Positions 52,024 to 64,000 of a stretch of 64,000 bases of DNA are shown one piece after another (within the stretch, counting starts at the first letter, position 1; each line of letters starts with the position of its first letter). This DNA comes from Gammaproteobacteria bacterium (GTDB lineage Bacteria; Pseudomonadota; Gammaproteobacteria; GCA-2400775). The DNA lies in NCBI GenBank assembly GCA_015492075.1, contig WGFU01000034.1:7566-71565 (forward strand). Reading direction: 5' to 3'. Below the pieces are notes generated by a model. That model made no database searches and was not told the origin of the DNA. It saw only the letters and a list, made by a program, of their open reading frames with translations. A program made the translations under genes and the position numbers.

Positions 52024-54876
52024 CTAGGCTGATTTTGCCGGTGTTTGATGATGCCGTTCGAGCACATCTTTTAAGAAGCGGCCGGTATGTGAATGACTGG
52101 CTTGTGCGATCTGCTGCGGTGTGCCGGCTGCGATAATCTCGCCACCCTTGTCGCCGCCTTCGGGACCGAGATCCAGAATCCAGTCAGCTGTTTTAATAAC
52201 ATCCAGATTGTGTTCGATAATAATAATCGTGCTGCCCTGGTCGCGCAATCGATGCAAGACCTTTAACAGTTGGCGAATATCATGAAAATGCAGGCCGGTG
52301 GTTGGCTCGTCAAGTAAATAAAGGGTGTTGCCAGTGTCACGCTTGGAAAGTTCACGCGACAGCTTGACACGTTGCGCCTCGCCACCTGACAGGGTAGTCG
52401 CATTTTGGCCTAACCTAATATAAGAAAGCCCCACATCGACCAGAGTATCGAGCTTGCGTTTTAATACGGGTACGGCGCTGAAGAAATCAGATGCCTCATC
52501 TATCGTCATTTCCAGGACTTCGTGAATGGTCTTGCCTTTATAGCGTATTTCCAGTGTTTCCCGGTTATAACGTTTGCCTTTACAGATATCGCAGGGTACG
52601 TAGATGTCAGCGAGAAAGTGCATTTCCACTTTAATAACGCCATCACCCTGACAGGCTTCACAGCGACCGCCTTTAACATTAAAGCTAAACCGGCCGGGTC
52701 CGTAACCGCGTGAACGCGCTTCTTGCGTGGCGGCAAATAATTCGCGTATCGGGGTAAACAGCCCGGTATAGGTGGCTGGGTTGGAGCGCGGTGTGCGGCC
52801 GATTGGACTTTGGTCGATATTGATGACCTTGTCGAGCTTGTCGAGGCCGATTACTTTGTCGTGCGCGGCGGGTTCGGTGTTACTTTGGTTGATGGCCATG
52901 GCAGCAGCGCGATAAACCGTGTCATTGACCAGGCTCGATTTTCCTGAACCCGAAACGCCAGTAACAACGGTCATGGCAGCGAGCGGAAAATGGGCGTCAA
53001 CGCCCTTCAGGTTATTGCCTTTAGCGCCAAACACGCTCAATGTCTGCTCAGCATCGAACTTGAAGTTATGCTCGGGAATTTCAATTTGCTTGCGGCCAGC
53101 AAGATAGTCGGCGGTGATGGAATCGGTATGCTGCAACACTTGTTCGGGTGTGCCTTGGGCGATGATTTGGCCACCATGAATGCCGGCACCGGGACCAATG
53201 TCAATAACGTAGTCAGCGGCGCGAATGGCGTCCTCGTCATGTTCAACCACAATGACCGAGTTGCCGAGATCGCGCAGATAGCGCAGGGTGTCCAGCAGGC
53301 GTTCATTGTCGCGCTGGTGTAGACCGATGGATGGCTCGTCGAGCACATACATGACACCAACCAGGCCAGCGCCAATCTGGCTGGCAAGGCGAATGCGTTG
53401 GGTTTCACCTCCGGACAGGGTATCCGCGCTACGTTCCAGCGTTAAGTAGTCTAGGCCGACATTGACCAGAAAAGACAGACGTTGTCCTATTTCTTTGATA
53501 ATGCGCGAAGCGATTTCACCACGTGCACCTGGCAGAATCAGTGTTTCAAAAAAGGATTTGGCCTGATCGATAGGCAGGCGGGTAATCTGCGGCATTGAGT
53601 GTTCGGCAATGGTGACATGGCGTGCTTCACGTCGCAGACGCGTGCCCTGACAATCAGGACAATCATGGGTCGACATATATTTTGCGAGTTCGTCTCGTAC
53701 AACGCTGGAATCTGTATCTTTGTAGCGTCGCTCCATGTTGGGAATGATGCCCTCGAATACTTGTTCCTTAACAAAAGTGCCGCCACGTTCACTAAAGTAG
53801 GTGAATTTAATCACCTCATCACCAGAGCCGTTGAGAATAATTTCCTTTGTCTTATCGCTCAGCTCTTCAAACGGCAAATCAATATTGAAGCCGTAATGTT
53901 TTTCCAGCGAGGTTAATAACTGGTAATAGTATCCATTACGCCTATCCCAGCCACGAATGGCTCCACCAGCGAGGCTTTGCTGGGGGTGAGCGACGACCCG
54001 CTTGGGATCAATAAAGGTTTGCTTGCCGAGGCCATCGCAGGTTGCGCAGGCGCCGGCAGGGTTATTAAAAGAAAATAAGCGTGGCTCCAGCTCGGTGATA
54101 CTGTAGCCGCAGACCGGGCAGGCAAAGCTGGCCGAAAACAGGATTTCTTCGCGCTTCTTATCGTCGATGAAGGCGATGCGGGCTCGACCAGCGCCAAGTT
54201 CTATACAGGTCTCAACTGAATCAGCGAGGCGTTGCTGAATATCGGGCCGCACTTTAAAGCGGTCAATAACGGCTTCTATGGTGTGTTTGCGTCGTAAATC
54301 GAGCTTTTCGACGGCATCGATTTCCATGACTTCACCATTAACGCGTACACGCACATAGCCCTGGCTGCGTAACTGTTGCAGTACCTGCTGGTGCTCACCT
54401 TTACGTTGCTCGATAACTGGCGCCAGCAGCATTACTCGCAGTCCGTCATCAAGCTCGAGAATATGGTCGACCATCTGGCTGACTGTCTGGATCTGTAGCA
54501 CGGTATCGTGGTCAGGGCAGCGTGGTTCACCAGCGCGGGCAAAGAGCAGGCGTAAATAATCGTAGATTTCGGTCACGGTACCGACGGTCGAGCGCGGGTT
54601 ATGTGATGTTGTTTTCTGCTCAATGGAGATAGCTGGCGACAGGCCTTCAATCGAATCAACATCAGGTTTTTCCATGACAGACAGAAACTGACGGGCGTAG
54701 CTCGACAATGACTCAACATAGCGTCGCTGGCCTTCGGCATAGATGGTGTCAAAGGCCAGCGACGATTTGCCGGAGCCGGATAAGCCAGTAATGACGGTTA
54801 ATTGATTGCGCGGGATATCGATATCGATGCCCTTGAGGTTGTGCGTGCGCGCCCCGCGGATGCGGATTGTGTTCAT
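52024..54876 (-). CDS. uvrA: excinuclease ABC subunit A
   Basis: 950 aa. [12 protein letters not shown]…, two ABC modules ([18 protein letters not shown]) and zinc-finger Cys clusters. Confidence 0.97.
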   Translation of the reverse strand: MNTIRIRGARTHNLKGIDIDIPRNQLTVITGLSGSGKSSLAFDTIYAEGQRRYVESLSSYARQFLSVMEKPDVDSIEGLSPAISIEQKTTSHNPRSTVGTVTEIYDYLRLLFARAGEPRCPDHDTVLQIQTVSQMVDHILELDDGLRVMLLAPVIEQRKGEHQQVLQQLRSQGYVRVRVNGEVMEIDAVEKLDLRRKHTIEAVIDRFKVRPDIQQRLADSVETCIELGAGRARIAFIDDKKREEILFSASFACPVCGYSITELEPRLFSFNNPAGACATCDGLGKQTFIDPKRVVAHPQQSLAGGAIRGWDRRNGYYYQLLTSLEKHYGFNIDLPFEELSDKTKEIILNGSGDEVIKFTYFSERGGTFVKEQVFEGIIPNMERRYKDTDSSVVRDELAKYMSTHDCPDCQGTRLRREARHVTIAEHSMPQITRLPIDQAKSFFETLILPGARGEIASRIIKEIGQRLSFLVNVGLDYLTLERSADTLSGGETQRIRLASQIGAGLVGVMYVLDEPSIGLHQRDNERLLDTLRYLRDLGNSVIVVEHDEDAIRAADYVIDIGPGAGIHGGQIIAQGTPEQVLQHTDSITADYLAGRKQIEIPEHNFKFDAEQTLSVFGAKGNNLKGVDAHFPLAAMTVVTGVSGSGKSSLVNDTVYRAAAMAINQSNTEPAAHDKVIGLDKLDKVINIDQSPIGRTPRSNPATYTGLFTPIRELFAATQEARSRGYGPGRFSFNVKGGRCEACQGDGVIKVEMHFLADIYVPCDICKGKRYNRETLEIRYKGKTIHEVLEMTIDEASDFFSAVPVLKRKLDTLVDVGLSYIRLGQNATTLSGGEAQRVKLSRELSKRDTGNTLYLLDEPTTGLHFHDIRQLLKVLHRLRDQGSTIIIIEHNLDVIKTADWILDLGPEGGDKGGEIIAAGTPQQIAQASHSHTGRFLKDVLERHHQTPAKSA

Positions 54877-54948
54877 CTCGTTTCCTGCCAGTAATGCAAC
54901 CTGTTAATATACGCGTTTTTCGCAGTAACAATCAAAAGAGCCTCTCCT

Positions 54949-56373
54949 TTGCCTCATTCTGGTCTGAACACGACGGAAAAGCGCGCGACGCTGACCCTTG
55001 CAAGCCTTTATTCCCTGCGCATGCTGGGGTTATTCATGATTTTACCGGTATTTTCGCTTTATGCGACTGAGCTAGAGGGAGTGACGCCCCTGCTGATCGG
55101 TATTGCCATTGGTATCTATGGCTTAACTCAGGCGCTGTTGCAGATTCCGTTTGGACTTTGGTCTGACCGTATTGGCCGCAAACCTGTGATTATTACCGGA
55201 CTGGCGATATTTGCCATCGGCAGTGTCATTGCAGCGCTGGCAGACTCGATAGTGATGGTCATCGTTGGCCGTGCCATTCAGGGCGCTGGCGCGATTGCGG
55301 CAGCTATTATGGCGCTGGCAGCCGATGTTACGCGTGAAGAGCAGCGCAGTAAGATTATGGCGACGATTGGCATTAGTATTGGTTTTGCCTTTGTGCTGTC
55401 GATGATCCTCGGCCCCATTTTGAATCAATGGATCGGTGTGCCGGGTATTTTCTGGCTTACTGCGCTGTTGGCCTTGCTCGGTATGGTGCTGGTGCAGCTT
55501 GGTTTACCGAAAACGGTCACACTTCGTAGTCATCGTGATGCCGGGACCAGGCCTTCAGACATGGGTTCTCTACTTAAAGATGGCCAGCTGTTACGCATTG
55601 ATCTGAGTATCTTTACCCTGCATTTTTTGCTAACGGCCTGTTTTGTTGCATTGCCGCTGGCGTTGCGCGATGGCGCAGGGCTGGAAGTGGCGCAACATCC
55701 CTGGGTGTATGGTCCGGTTTTGGTTGTTGCCATGGTGTTAATGGTGCCTTTTGTCATTATTGCCGAGGCCAAACGCAAGATGAAGCCGGTTATTCTGGCG
55801 GCAGTGGCGGCGATCGCTGTTGGTTTGTTTATTATGGCGTTGCAGTCGTCCAGTCTGTGGGGAATTATTGCGGGCTTGTTTATCTTCTTTCTGGCGTTTA
55901 ATGTGCTGGAAGCGACATTGCCGTCGTTGATCGCAAAAGAGGCTCCAGTAGACAAAAAGGGCACGGCAATGGGGGTTTACTCCAGCGCCCAGTTTCTTGG
56001 TGCCTTTGGCGGTGGCGCGGTCGGTGGCTGGGTGATGGGACAGTGGGGACCGTCGTCGGTGTTTATGGTGGCGGCGGGTTTGACCGTGCTGTGGTTAGTG
56101 GTCATGTTGTCTCTACGTAATCCACATTACTTCAGTAGTCGCATGATTCGTGTTGGCGCGGTGAGTGCGGCCAGGGCAGCAGAGTTGAATGCGCGTTTAT
56201 TGCTAATAGCAGGTGTTAAAGAGGCCATCGTGATTGTTGATGACGAAGTCGCATATTTAAAGGTAGACAAGAACACCTTGGACGAAGCCGCACTGGATAG
56301 GTTTCGGATTGACCAGGTGGAAGAAGACGAGGCAACCCCCTTGGAAGATTCACCAGTCAGTGTCGCAAGATAA
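54949..56373 (+). CDS. MFS transporter, YajR-like, with a C-terminal soluble domain of about 80 aa
   Basis: 474 aa, TTG start, 12 TM. WSDRIGRKPVI is the MFS motif A. The C-terminal IRVGAVSAARAAELNARLLLIAGVKEAIVIVDDEVAYLKVD resembles the ferredoxin-fold YAM domain of E. coli YajR. The uvrA/MFS/ssb arrangement is as in Pseudomonas (from memory). Confidence 0.8.
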   Translation: MPHSGLNTTEKRATLTLASLYSLRMLGLFMILPVFSLYATELEGVTPLLIGIAIGIYGLTQALLQIPFGLWSDRIGRKPVIITGLAIFAIGSVIAALADSIVMVIVGRAIQGAGAIAAAIMALAADVTREEQRSKIMATIGISIGFAFVLSMILGPILNQWIGVPGIFWLTALLALLGMVLVQLGLPKTVTLRSHRDAGTRPSDMGSLLKDGQLLRIDLSIFTLHFLLTACFVALPLALRDGAGLEVAQHPWVYGPVLVVAMVLMVPFVIIAEAKRKMKPVILAAVAAIAVGLFIMALQSSSLWGIIAGLFIFFLAFNVLEATLPSLIAKEAPVDKKGTAMGVYSSAQFLGAFGGGAVGGWVMGQWGPSSVFMVAAGLTVLWLVVMLSLRNPHYFSSRMIRVGAVSAARAAELNARLLLIAGVKEAIVIVDDEVAYLKVDKNTLDEAALDRFRIDQVEEDEATPLEDSPVSVAR

Positions 56374-56403
56374 TATTTATAACGATAGATTCGGGAGAAA
56401 GAA

Positions 56404-56895
56404 ATGGCACGAGGCGTAAATAAAGTAATTCTAATCGGCAATATGGGCAAGGATCCGGAGATTCGTTATATGCCCAGCGGTGCCGCGGCCGCCAACTGTT
56501 CGATTGCCACCAGTGAGAGCTGGCGTGACAAGACGAGCGGTGAGATGCAGGAGAAAACCGAGTGGCACAATCTGGTCTTTTTTGGGCGGCTTGCCGAAAT
56601 CGTTGGCGAGTACTGTAAAAAAGGCTCAAAAATCTATGTGGAAGGCCGCTTGCAAACGCGAAAATGGCAGGATAAAAGTGGCAACGATCGTTACACCACT
56701 GAGATTGTCGTCAATGAAATGCAAATGCTGGATAGTCGTGGTGGTGCGGGCGATAACTTTGCGCCGCAAGGGCAGGCGGCTGGCGGAGGCCAGCCATCGT
56801 ATGGTGGTGCAAGTAGCCAGTCACAATCCCAGCCTGCTGCACCCCAAGGGCAGGCAGTGGCGAACGATGATTTTGACGACGATATTCCGTTTTAG
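56404..56895 (+). CDS. ssb: single-stranded DNA-binding protein
   Basis: 163 aa. [24 protein letters not shown] fold, Gly/Gln-rich linker and acidic tip DDDIPF. Confidence 0.95.
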   Translation: MARGVNKVILIGNMGKDPEIRYMPSGAAAANCSIATSESWRDKTSGEMQEKTEWHNLVFFGRLAEIVGEYCKKGSKIYVEGRLQTRKWQDKSGNDRYTTEIVVNEMQMLDSRGGAGDNFAPQGQAAGGGQPSYGGASSQSQSQPAAPQGQAVANDDFDDDIPF

Positions 56896-56898
56896 GTC

Positions 56899-56952
56899 GT
56901 ACCGTAAGGCCACATAGTACCCTAAGGGCACGTAGCACCCCAGGGGCACGTG
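56899..56952. repeat. three tandem 18-bp repeats immediately after ssb
   Basis: GTACCGTAAGGCCACATA / GTACCCTAAGGGCACGTA / GCACCCCAGGGGCACGTG. Neighbouring units match 15/18 and 14/18. Units carry short palindromes (CCCTAAGGG, CCCCAGGGG, CACGTG). Confidence 0.8.
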
Positions 56953-56988
56953 GTCATCGAGCCAGTAAAGTCAGGTACTATGAATTAG

Positions 56989-58182
56989 ATGAAGCTCCAC
57001 GAATATCAAGCCAAGGCCTTGTTTGAGGGTTTTGGTATCAGTTTGCCTAAGTACGGCGTTGCGTTATCTGTTGCCGAGGCTCGCGACCTAATGGCGCAAA
57101 TCCCTGCTGATGCCTGGGTTGTTAAGGCGCAGGTGCATGCGGGTGCGCGTGGCAAGGCTGGCGGCATCCGTATGGTAGGCAATGCCGCTGAGCTTGGGGC
57201 CGCGGCTGACGACTTGCTCGGTTCGCATTTGGTGACCAATCAAACCGGACCACAAGGCTTGCCCGTTAATCATGTTCTGATTGAGCCTGCATTAGAAATT
57301 CAACAAGAATTCTATCTCAGCCTCCTTCTGGACAGAACGATTGAACGCGTTGTGGTTATTCTATCGACAGAAGGCGGTATGGATATTGAGGCAGTGGCAA
57401 CGACTCAGCCAGAAAAGATTCATCGTCTTGTCATCGATCCCATAGTGGGTTTGCAGTCATGGCAGTGTCGACAAGCGGGTTTTGAGCTGGGCTTATCGCC
57501 GGCTTTGATGGCTGCTTTGGCCAAGTTGATGCGATCATTGTATCGCTTGTATTTGGCGAAAGATGCCAGCCTGATAGAAATTAATCCGCTAGCGGTAGCT
57601 GATGGCGATCAATTGATTCCACTCGATGCCAAGGTTGAGATTGACGATAATGCATTGTATCGTCACCAAGACTTGGCTGCGCTGCGTGATGTTGAGCAAG
57701 AAGACGAAAAAGAGCGAGCAGCGCGCGTTCACGATCTTAGCTATATTTCGTTAGACGGTGACATAGCCTGCATGGTCAATGGCGCAGGCCTGGCGATGGC
57801 GACGATGGATTTGATTAAGTTGCATGGCGGTGAACCGGCTAATTTTCTTGATGTGGGTGGTGGTACAACGGCGGAGAAAGTCGCCGAAGCGTTTAAGTTG
57901 ATTGTTGCCGGAGACCAGGTCAACGCGATTTTAGTGAATATATTTGGTGGTATTGTGCGTTGTGATTTGATTGCCGAAGGAATTATTGGTGCGATCAAAG
58001 AGGTCGGGGTAAATATCCCAGTGGTGGTACGCTTGCAAGGCACCAATGCTGAACAGGCGCGCCGTATGCTGGATGATAGCGGTCTTGATCTGGTGACGAC
58101 CGAAGCCTTAACAATGGCAGCGCGACAAGCCGTTGCGCTGGCCAAGCAAGCCCAAAAAGGCGCCGAAAGAGGCATGGGCTGA
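56989..58182 (+). CDS. sucC: ADP-forming succinate--CoA ligase subunit beta
   Basis: 397 aa. [12 protein letters not shown]…[16 protein letters not shown]…[20 protein letters not shown]… is collinear with E. coli SucC. Confidence 0.9.
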   Translation: MKLHEYQAKALFEGFGISLPKYGVALSVAEARDLMAQIPADAWVVKAQVHAGARGKAGGIRMVGNAAELGAAADDLLGSHLVTNQTGPQGLPVNHVLIEPALEIQQEFYLSLLLDRTIERVVVILSTEGGMDIEAVATTQPEKIHRLVIDPIVGLQSWQCRQAGFELGLSPALMAALAKLMRSLYRLYLAKDASLIEINPLAVADGDQLIPLDAKVEIDDNALYRHQDLAALRDVEQEDEKERAARVHDLSYISLDGDIACMVNGAGLAMATMDLIKLHGGEPANFLDVGGGTTAEKVAEAFKLIVAGDQVNAILVNIFGGIVRCDLIAEGIIGAIKEVGVNIPVVVRLQGTNAEQARRMLDDSGLDLVTTEALTMAARQAVALAKQAQKGAERGMG

Positions 58183-59054
58183 TGAGTATATTGGTGGATA
58201 AAAATACCAAAGTCATTTGCCAGGGCTTTACCGGCAAGCAGGGTACTTTTCATTCAGAGCAAGCAATCGCCTATGGCACACAATTGGTCGGTGGTGTGAC
58301 ACCGGGTAAAGGAGGCCAAAGCCATCTTGGTTTGCCGGTATTCAATACCGTGCGACAAGCCGTAGAGCAAACAGGTGCCGATGCCAGCAGTATTTACGTG
58401 CCAGCGCCGTTTGCAGCGGAAGCGATTGTTGAGGCTGCGGTGGCTGGTGTGAAAATTATTTGTTGTATTACCGAAGGTATACCGGTTTTGGATATGCTCA
58501 AGGTTAAGGCAGTATTAAAGCAGTATGACGCGTGGTTGGTGGGGCCGAACTGTCCGGGCGTGATTACACCAGGCGCCTGCAAGATAGGAATTATGCCGGG
58601 CAATATTCACCAAGTGGGTTCGGTGGGAATCGTCTCACGTTCTGGCACCTTGACCTATGAAGCAGTGTACCAAACTACGGCTGCAGGTTTAGGCCAGAGT
58701 ACCTGTGTTGGCATTGGTGGTGATCCCATCCAAGGCATGAATTTTATTGATTGTCTGCGTTTGTTTGAACAAGATAAGCAGACTGAAAGTATTATTCTGG
58801 TCGGTGAAATTGGCGGCCAGGCAGAGGAAGCAGCGGCGGAGTTTATTCAAAGCGAAATCAGTAAACCCGTGGTGGCTTATATTGCCGGTGTGACTGCGCC
58901 AAGCGGTCGCCGCATGGGGCATGCAGGTGCTATTGTTTCAGGCGGGCAGGGTACGGCCGCAGGCAAGATCGCTGCACTAGAAAAAGCTGGTGTCGAGGTG
59001 GTTCGTTCGCCGGCAGATATCGGCGCGCAATTAAAGCAAAGACTGGCTGCCTGA
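58182..59054 (+). CDS. sucD: succinate--CoA ligase subunit alpha
   Basis: 290 aa. …[17 protein letters not shown]…, phosphohistidine loop GHAGAIV. ATGA overlap with sucC. Confidence 0.95.
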   Translation: MSILVDKNTKVICQGFTGKQGTFHSEQAIAYGTQLVGGVTPGKGGQSHLGLPVFNTVRQAVEQTGADASSIYVPAPFAAEAIVEAAVAGVKIICCITEGIPVLDMLKVKAVLKQYDAWLVGPNCPGVITPGACKIGIMPGNIHQVGSVGIVSRSGTLTYEAVYQTTAAGLGQSTCVGIGGDPIQGMNFIDCLRLFEQDKQTESIILVGEIGGQAEEAAAEFIQSEISKPVVAYIAGVTAPSGRRMGHAGAIVSGGQGTAAGKIAALEKAGVEVVRSPADIGAQLKQRLAA

Positions 59055-59118
59055 GATTGATTGTCGCATTTGGTCAGATAGCGTTTTAAGCTGAACAGTT
59101 TTGCAAGGAGTAGCCAAG

Positions 59119-59370
59119 ATGACGCACCCTATCGTTGCCGGGCGAGCACCTATAGCGGTAGCTTTAGAAGCCGGTAACACCTATTACTTTTGTACTTGCG
59201 GTCGCTCTCATCGTCAACCGTTATGTGACAGCTCGCACAGAGACAGCGATTTTTCGCCGAAGGCGTTTGCCGTTGAGGACTCTAAAACCTATTATCTTTG
59301 TATGTGTAAGCGGTCTTCCAATTTACCTTTTTGCGATGGTACGCATGCCAGGTTGGACGATGAGGCTTGA
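59119..59370 (+). CDS. CDGSH iron-sulfur domain protein (two CDGSH-type motifs)
   Basis: ATG 59119 follows AAGGAG. CTCGRSHRQPLCDSSH and CMCKRSSNLPFCDGTH. Confidence 0.8.
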   Translation: MTHPIVAGRAPIAVALEAGNTYYFCTCGRSHRQPLCDSSHRDSDFSPKAFAVEDSKTYYLCMCKRSSNLPFCDGTHARLDDEA

Positions 59371-59394
59371 TACTTTATTGCGTGATGGGGTGCT

Positions 59395-61499
<2,105 letters not shown>

Positions 61500-61504
61500 T
61501 CCTC

Positions 61505-61534
61505 GTGGGCAGCGCTCATTAGAGAGCTGCCCAC
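61505..61534. terminator. 9-bp GC-rich hairpin in the convergent glnB/bamD spacer
   Basis: GTGGGCAGC (61505-61513) pairs with GCTGCCCAC (61526-61534). Loop is 12 nt. Confidence 0.5.
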
Positions 61535-61571
61535 CGCTGTTATTCTCAATTGCGCTACAGCAGCTCTTGTT

Positions 61572-62369
61572 TTAACCCCGTGCTTGCTTTTGATTGGCAA
61601 GTGGATGTTCAGGGTAGTTGAGTCGTAATACCTCAAGGCTGTCATTGGCCAAATAATGCATGCCGATGCGCTTATAGGCGCGAACCAGTATTGCTAAAGC
61701 GTCAGCGGTAGCGTGTGACTGCGGTAGTTTGTTAATAATATATTTAGCGCGGTTTATCGCCGCAATAAAGGCGCCACGCTTAACGTAGAAGCGAGCGACA
61801 TGGAGTTCATGCTCGGCCAGGGTGTTGCGTAAGTAAATCATGCGCTGTCTGGCATCTGGACTATATTGACTATCAGGAAATCTGCTCACCAGTTCAGAGA
61901 GATACTGGAATGATTCTTGAAGTGTGCGCGGATCACGCGTGGCAGGGTCAAAAAATCGAATAGGTCCAAATCTCCCAGAACGGTCATCAAAGGTCGCTAG
62001 GCCGCGCAGATAGTAAGCGCGATCCACCTTCTCGTGCCGTGGATTGAGGCGAATAAAGCGATTCGCTGCACTCAATGCTGCTTCAGGTTCTTCATTATCG
62101 AGATGAGCAAAACCGATGTCGAGCTGCGCACGCTGGGCGAAGGGGCCAAACGGAAAGCGCTTTTCCAGTTCCTGAAAATATTCGATGGCGATGTCGTATG
62201 ACTTTTTTTTGTAAGCAGCAGTCGCTTCATCGTAGAGACGTGCAGCAGACCAATTGGCCGGAACATCCTCTTTATCCGGCAACAAAGAGCAGCCGCTGCT
62301 GATGAGTGTCAAAGCGATCAGTAATAGTAGAAGGTGTGGGCGAGAGACAGGCACGGTTTCATATACCAA
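61572..62369 (-). CDS. bamD: outer membrane protein assembly factor BamD
   Basis: 265 aa. Lipobox LISSGC. Collinear with E. coli BamD (RFPFGPFAQRAQLDIGFAH…FIRLNPRHEKVDRAYYLRGL…RFPDSQYSPDARQRMIYLRNTLAEHELHVARFY). Confidence 0.85.
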   Translation of the reverse strand: MVYETVPVSRPHLLLLLIALTLISSGCSLLPDKEDVPANWSAARLYDEATAAYKKKSYDIAIEYFQELEKRFPFGPFAQRAQLDIGFAHLDNEEPEAALSAANRFIRLNPRHEKVDRAYYLRGLATFDDRSGRFGPIRFFDPATRDPRTLQESFQYLSELVSRFPDSQYSPDARQRMIYLRNTLAEHELHVARFYVKRGAFIAAINRAKYIINKLPQSHATADALAILVRAYKRIGMHYLANDSLEVLRLNYPEHPLANQKQARG

Positions 62370-62421
62370 GTTTAGCTAAACGATTATTATAAACAGCCGC
62401 GACGACAAAGGCACCGGCTAA

Positions 62422-63714
62422 TTAAGGGGCGCTGATCTTGTTTTGTATATCCGACATGGAGCGCACCCAGGGCTTAGGTGCGCGTAACTCGGCACTTAAA
62501 CCCTTCAGCGCGAGCAAGGCTTCGTTTCTGCTGCGATAATAACCGTAGGTCAGGGTAAACCAATCGCTATCAGCGTTACGGCTGCGGAAATAACCGGCTT
62601 CAGTAGCAATATCATGCTTTTCAATATAGGCTTGCAGGGCATTTTCGTCGTTAGTTCCCAGCAATTGCAAGGTATAGCTGCTGCTGGGTTGAGCCAGGTA
62701 CCAGGCTTCGCGTCTGATACCGTCATCGTCGACAGCGAAGTCCTCGGCTTGCGCAGTATTGGGCGATACCAGTCGAATATGAGCATCGCTTTTCAGCTCT
62801 TGCTTGACGCGCGGTGGCGATGTCTCGGCAAGGGCACTGTCGACCGCCATGCTTGGACGAGACCTGATGTTTTGCTGCCGCTTTAGTTTGTTTGGGTCGA
62901 CGCGAGTGACCTCTGTAGCGCTGATACGCGAGCTCTCTGTATGATGATAATCGGGAAACTTACGCTTAAGTGCTTTACGCACATCATAGGCCTGAACCAA
63001 ATCACCCTGCGCGGTAAATGCCTCGATCATGACCGAATAGGCTTCTGGCGCGGCTTCGGCACGCGCGTAATTCTTGATAAGATATTCCGCTCGTGCGATG
63101 GCTTCTTTGTATTTGTTAAATGACAAGGCGTTTTTTGCCAGTTTAAGTTCATGCTCGGCCAGTTTACTGTGCAAGACTTCCATGCGAATACGCGAGTCTT
63201 GACTGTATTTACTATTAGGAAAGCGACGGACCAGTTCGGCAAAGGATTCAAATGACTTGCGCGCCATGCCCGTGCGTGCGTTGCCGCTGAGCTGGCGGTT
63301 TTGCAGTTGTTCAATGCCTTCACTGTATCGGGCCAGGCCGCGCAAATAATAGGCATAATCAATGAGTGAATGATTTTCGTAAGTTTGAATAAAGGCATTG
63401 CTGGTTTCTACCGCGGCGTCGTTGTCGCCGAGTTTATAATAGGCATAGCCGCTACCGAGCAAGGCTTGAGGTGTGGTTTTGTCCTTAGGGAACTTTTTCC
63501 GTAAAGAGGTGAAATATTCTAAGGCCTCGCGGTAATTACCATTATCGATGGCCTTCTGGCCGCGCGAATAGATCGCTATTGGCGAATTGGCGGCGACAGA
63601 ACCTTGTCTGACATCGGCGCTGCCGGGTTCTGTTTTTGGGGTGCTTACGCATGAGGTACATAAGAGTACGACCAGTCCAAGCAGCGCTAGTTTGTTCACA
63701 ACCTCAGCTCCCAT
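62422..63714 (-). CDS. BamD-like TPR lipoprotein fused to a C-terminal DamX-like SPOR domain
   Basis: 430 aa with a signal/lipobox region LLCTSC. Residues about 50-260 parallel BamD (…YAYYLRGLARY…RFPNSKYSQDSRIRMEVLHSKLAEHELKLAKN…). The C-terminus (YTLQLLGTNDENALQAYIEKH…WFTLTYGYYRSRNEALLALKGLSAELRAPKPWVRSMSDIQ) is SPOR-like. Confidence 0.6.
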   Translation of the reverse strand: MGAEVVNKLALLGLVVLLCTSCVSTPKTEPGSADVRQGSVAANSPIAIYSRGQKAIDNGNYREALEYFTSLRKKFPKDKTTPQALLGSGYAYYKLGDNDAAVETSNAFIQTYENHSLIDYAYYLRGLARYSEGIEQLQNRQLSGNARTGMARKSFESFAELVRRFPNSKYSQDSRIRMEVLHSKLAEHELKLAKNALSFNKYKEAIARAEYLIKNYARAEAAPEAYSVMIEAFTAQGDLVQAYDVRKALKRKFPDYHHTESSRISATEVTRVDPNKLKRQQNIRSRPSMAVDSALAETSPPRVKQELKSDAHIRLVSPNTAQAEDFAVDDDGIRREAWYLAQPSSSYTLQLLGTNDENALQAYIEKHDIATEAGYFRSRNADSDWFTLTYGYYRSRNEALLALKGLSAELRAPKPWVRSMSDIQNKISAP

Positions 63715-64000
63715 AAGGTATGCAGGCTAAACAATCACCGACGTGGTGACAAGTGGATTTTGTTGGCTGAACTATAGCAGAGCTTATGCAACACTGCCTG
63801 AATTTCAGCAGGGGCAAGGTATGTTTTTTATATCTTGATGAATCCAATGTCAGCTAATTTCATCGAATGATTGCTGCTGCAATTTATTCGATGTTTGACA
63901 AAGTTGCCCAGCGGTCGGACTATCCTAGGTGTATCGATCGCAAAAATTGCGCAGCGCGAATATATGGAACTATCTACATTTATGAATTCAAGCAGCAATG

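Noticed and set aside
54877-54948. Expected LexA/SOS box in the uvrA / MFS-ssb divergent region and upstream of ssb (56374-56403)
   Set aside because: No CTGT-N8-ACAG-like palindrome was found on either strand. The nearest string, CTGTTAATATACGCGT, lacks the second half-site.
63964-64000. ATG-initiated open frame (MELSTFMNSSSN…) running off the window end
   Set aside because: Only 12 codons are visible, which is too few to call a gene or product.

Overview
This is a 64-kb slice of a gammaproteobacterial chromosome, and most of it is conserved housekeeping DNA. From my memory of P. aeruginosa PAO1, the gene order parallels these blocks: birA-coaX-SPOR-tRNA; sspAB / dolP-yraN-lpoA / rsmI-rnpB-dcw cluster-lpxC-secA-argJ; rpmBG-radC-coaBC-dut-algC-argB; pyrE; and uvrA-MFS-ssb. 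Downstream come sucCD, a CDGSH protein, nadE, glnB and bamD. The complete dcw cluster (mraZ to ftsZ) spans 17.3-35.0 kb. Its promoter is near-consensus and is followed by a 10-bp-phased GTGGG array, which I read as the MraZ operator. RNA genes found are tRNA-Thr(TGT) and RNase P RNA. I saw no CRISPR array, IS element, integrase, reverse transcriptase or recognisable defence genes. The non-core content sits at synteny breaks. (1) A low-density patch follows tRNA-Thr (4.9-7.4 kb). It holds a 42-codon secreted His/Cys-rich mini-protein, a frameshifted lipoprotein gene and three coupled micro-ORFs. (2) A Yip1-like / CopD-like / HDOD region lies at 7.4-10.5 kb. (3) A variable slot at 48.3-51.3 kb contains a J-domain / zinc-ribbon / PilZ fusion, which may be a c-di-GMP-gated Hsp70 co-chaperone. 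This is my top candidate for something undescribed. (4) A second, tandem BamD paralogue is fused to a DamX-like SPOR domain (62.4-63.7 kb). Two further points are worth noting: a sensor-like TM-periplasmic-TM extension of about 396 aa is fused in frame to AlgC, and three 18-bp tandem repeats follow ssb. All functional calls come from reading the translations by eye. No database searches were run.
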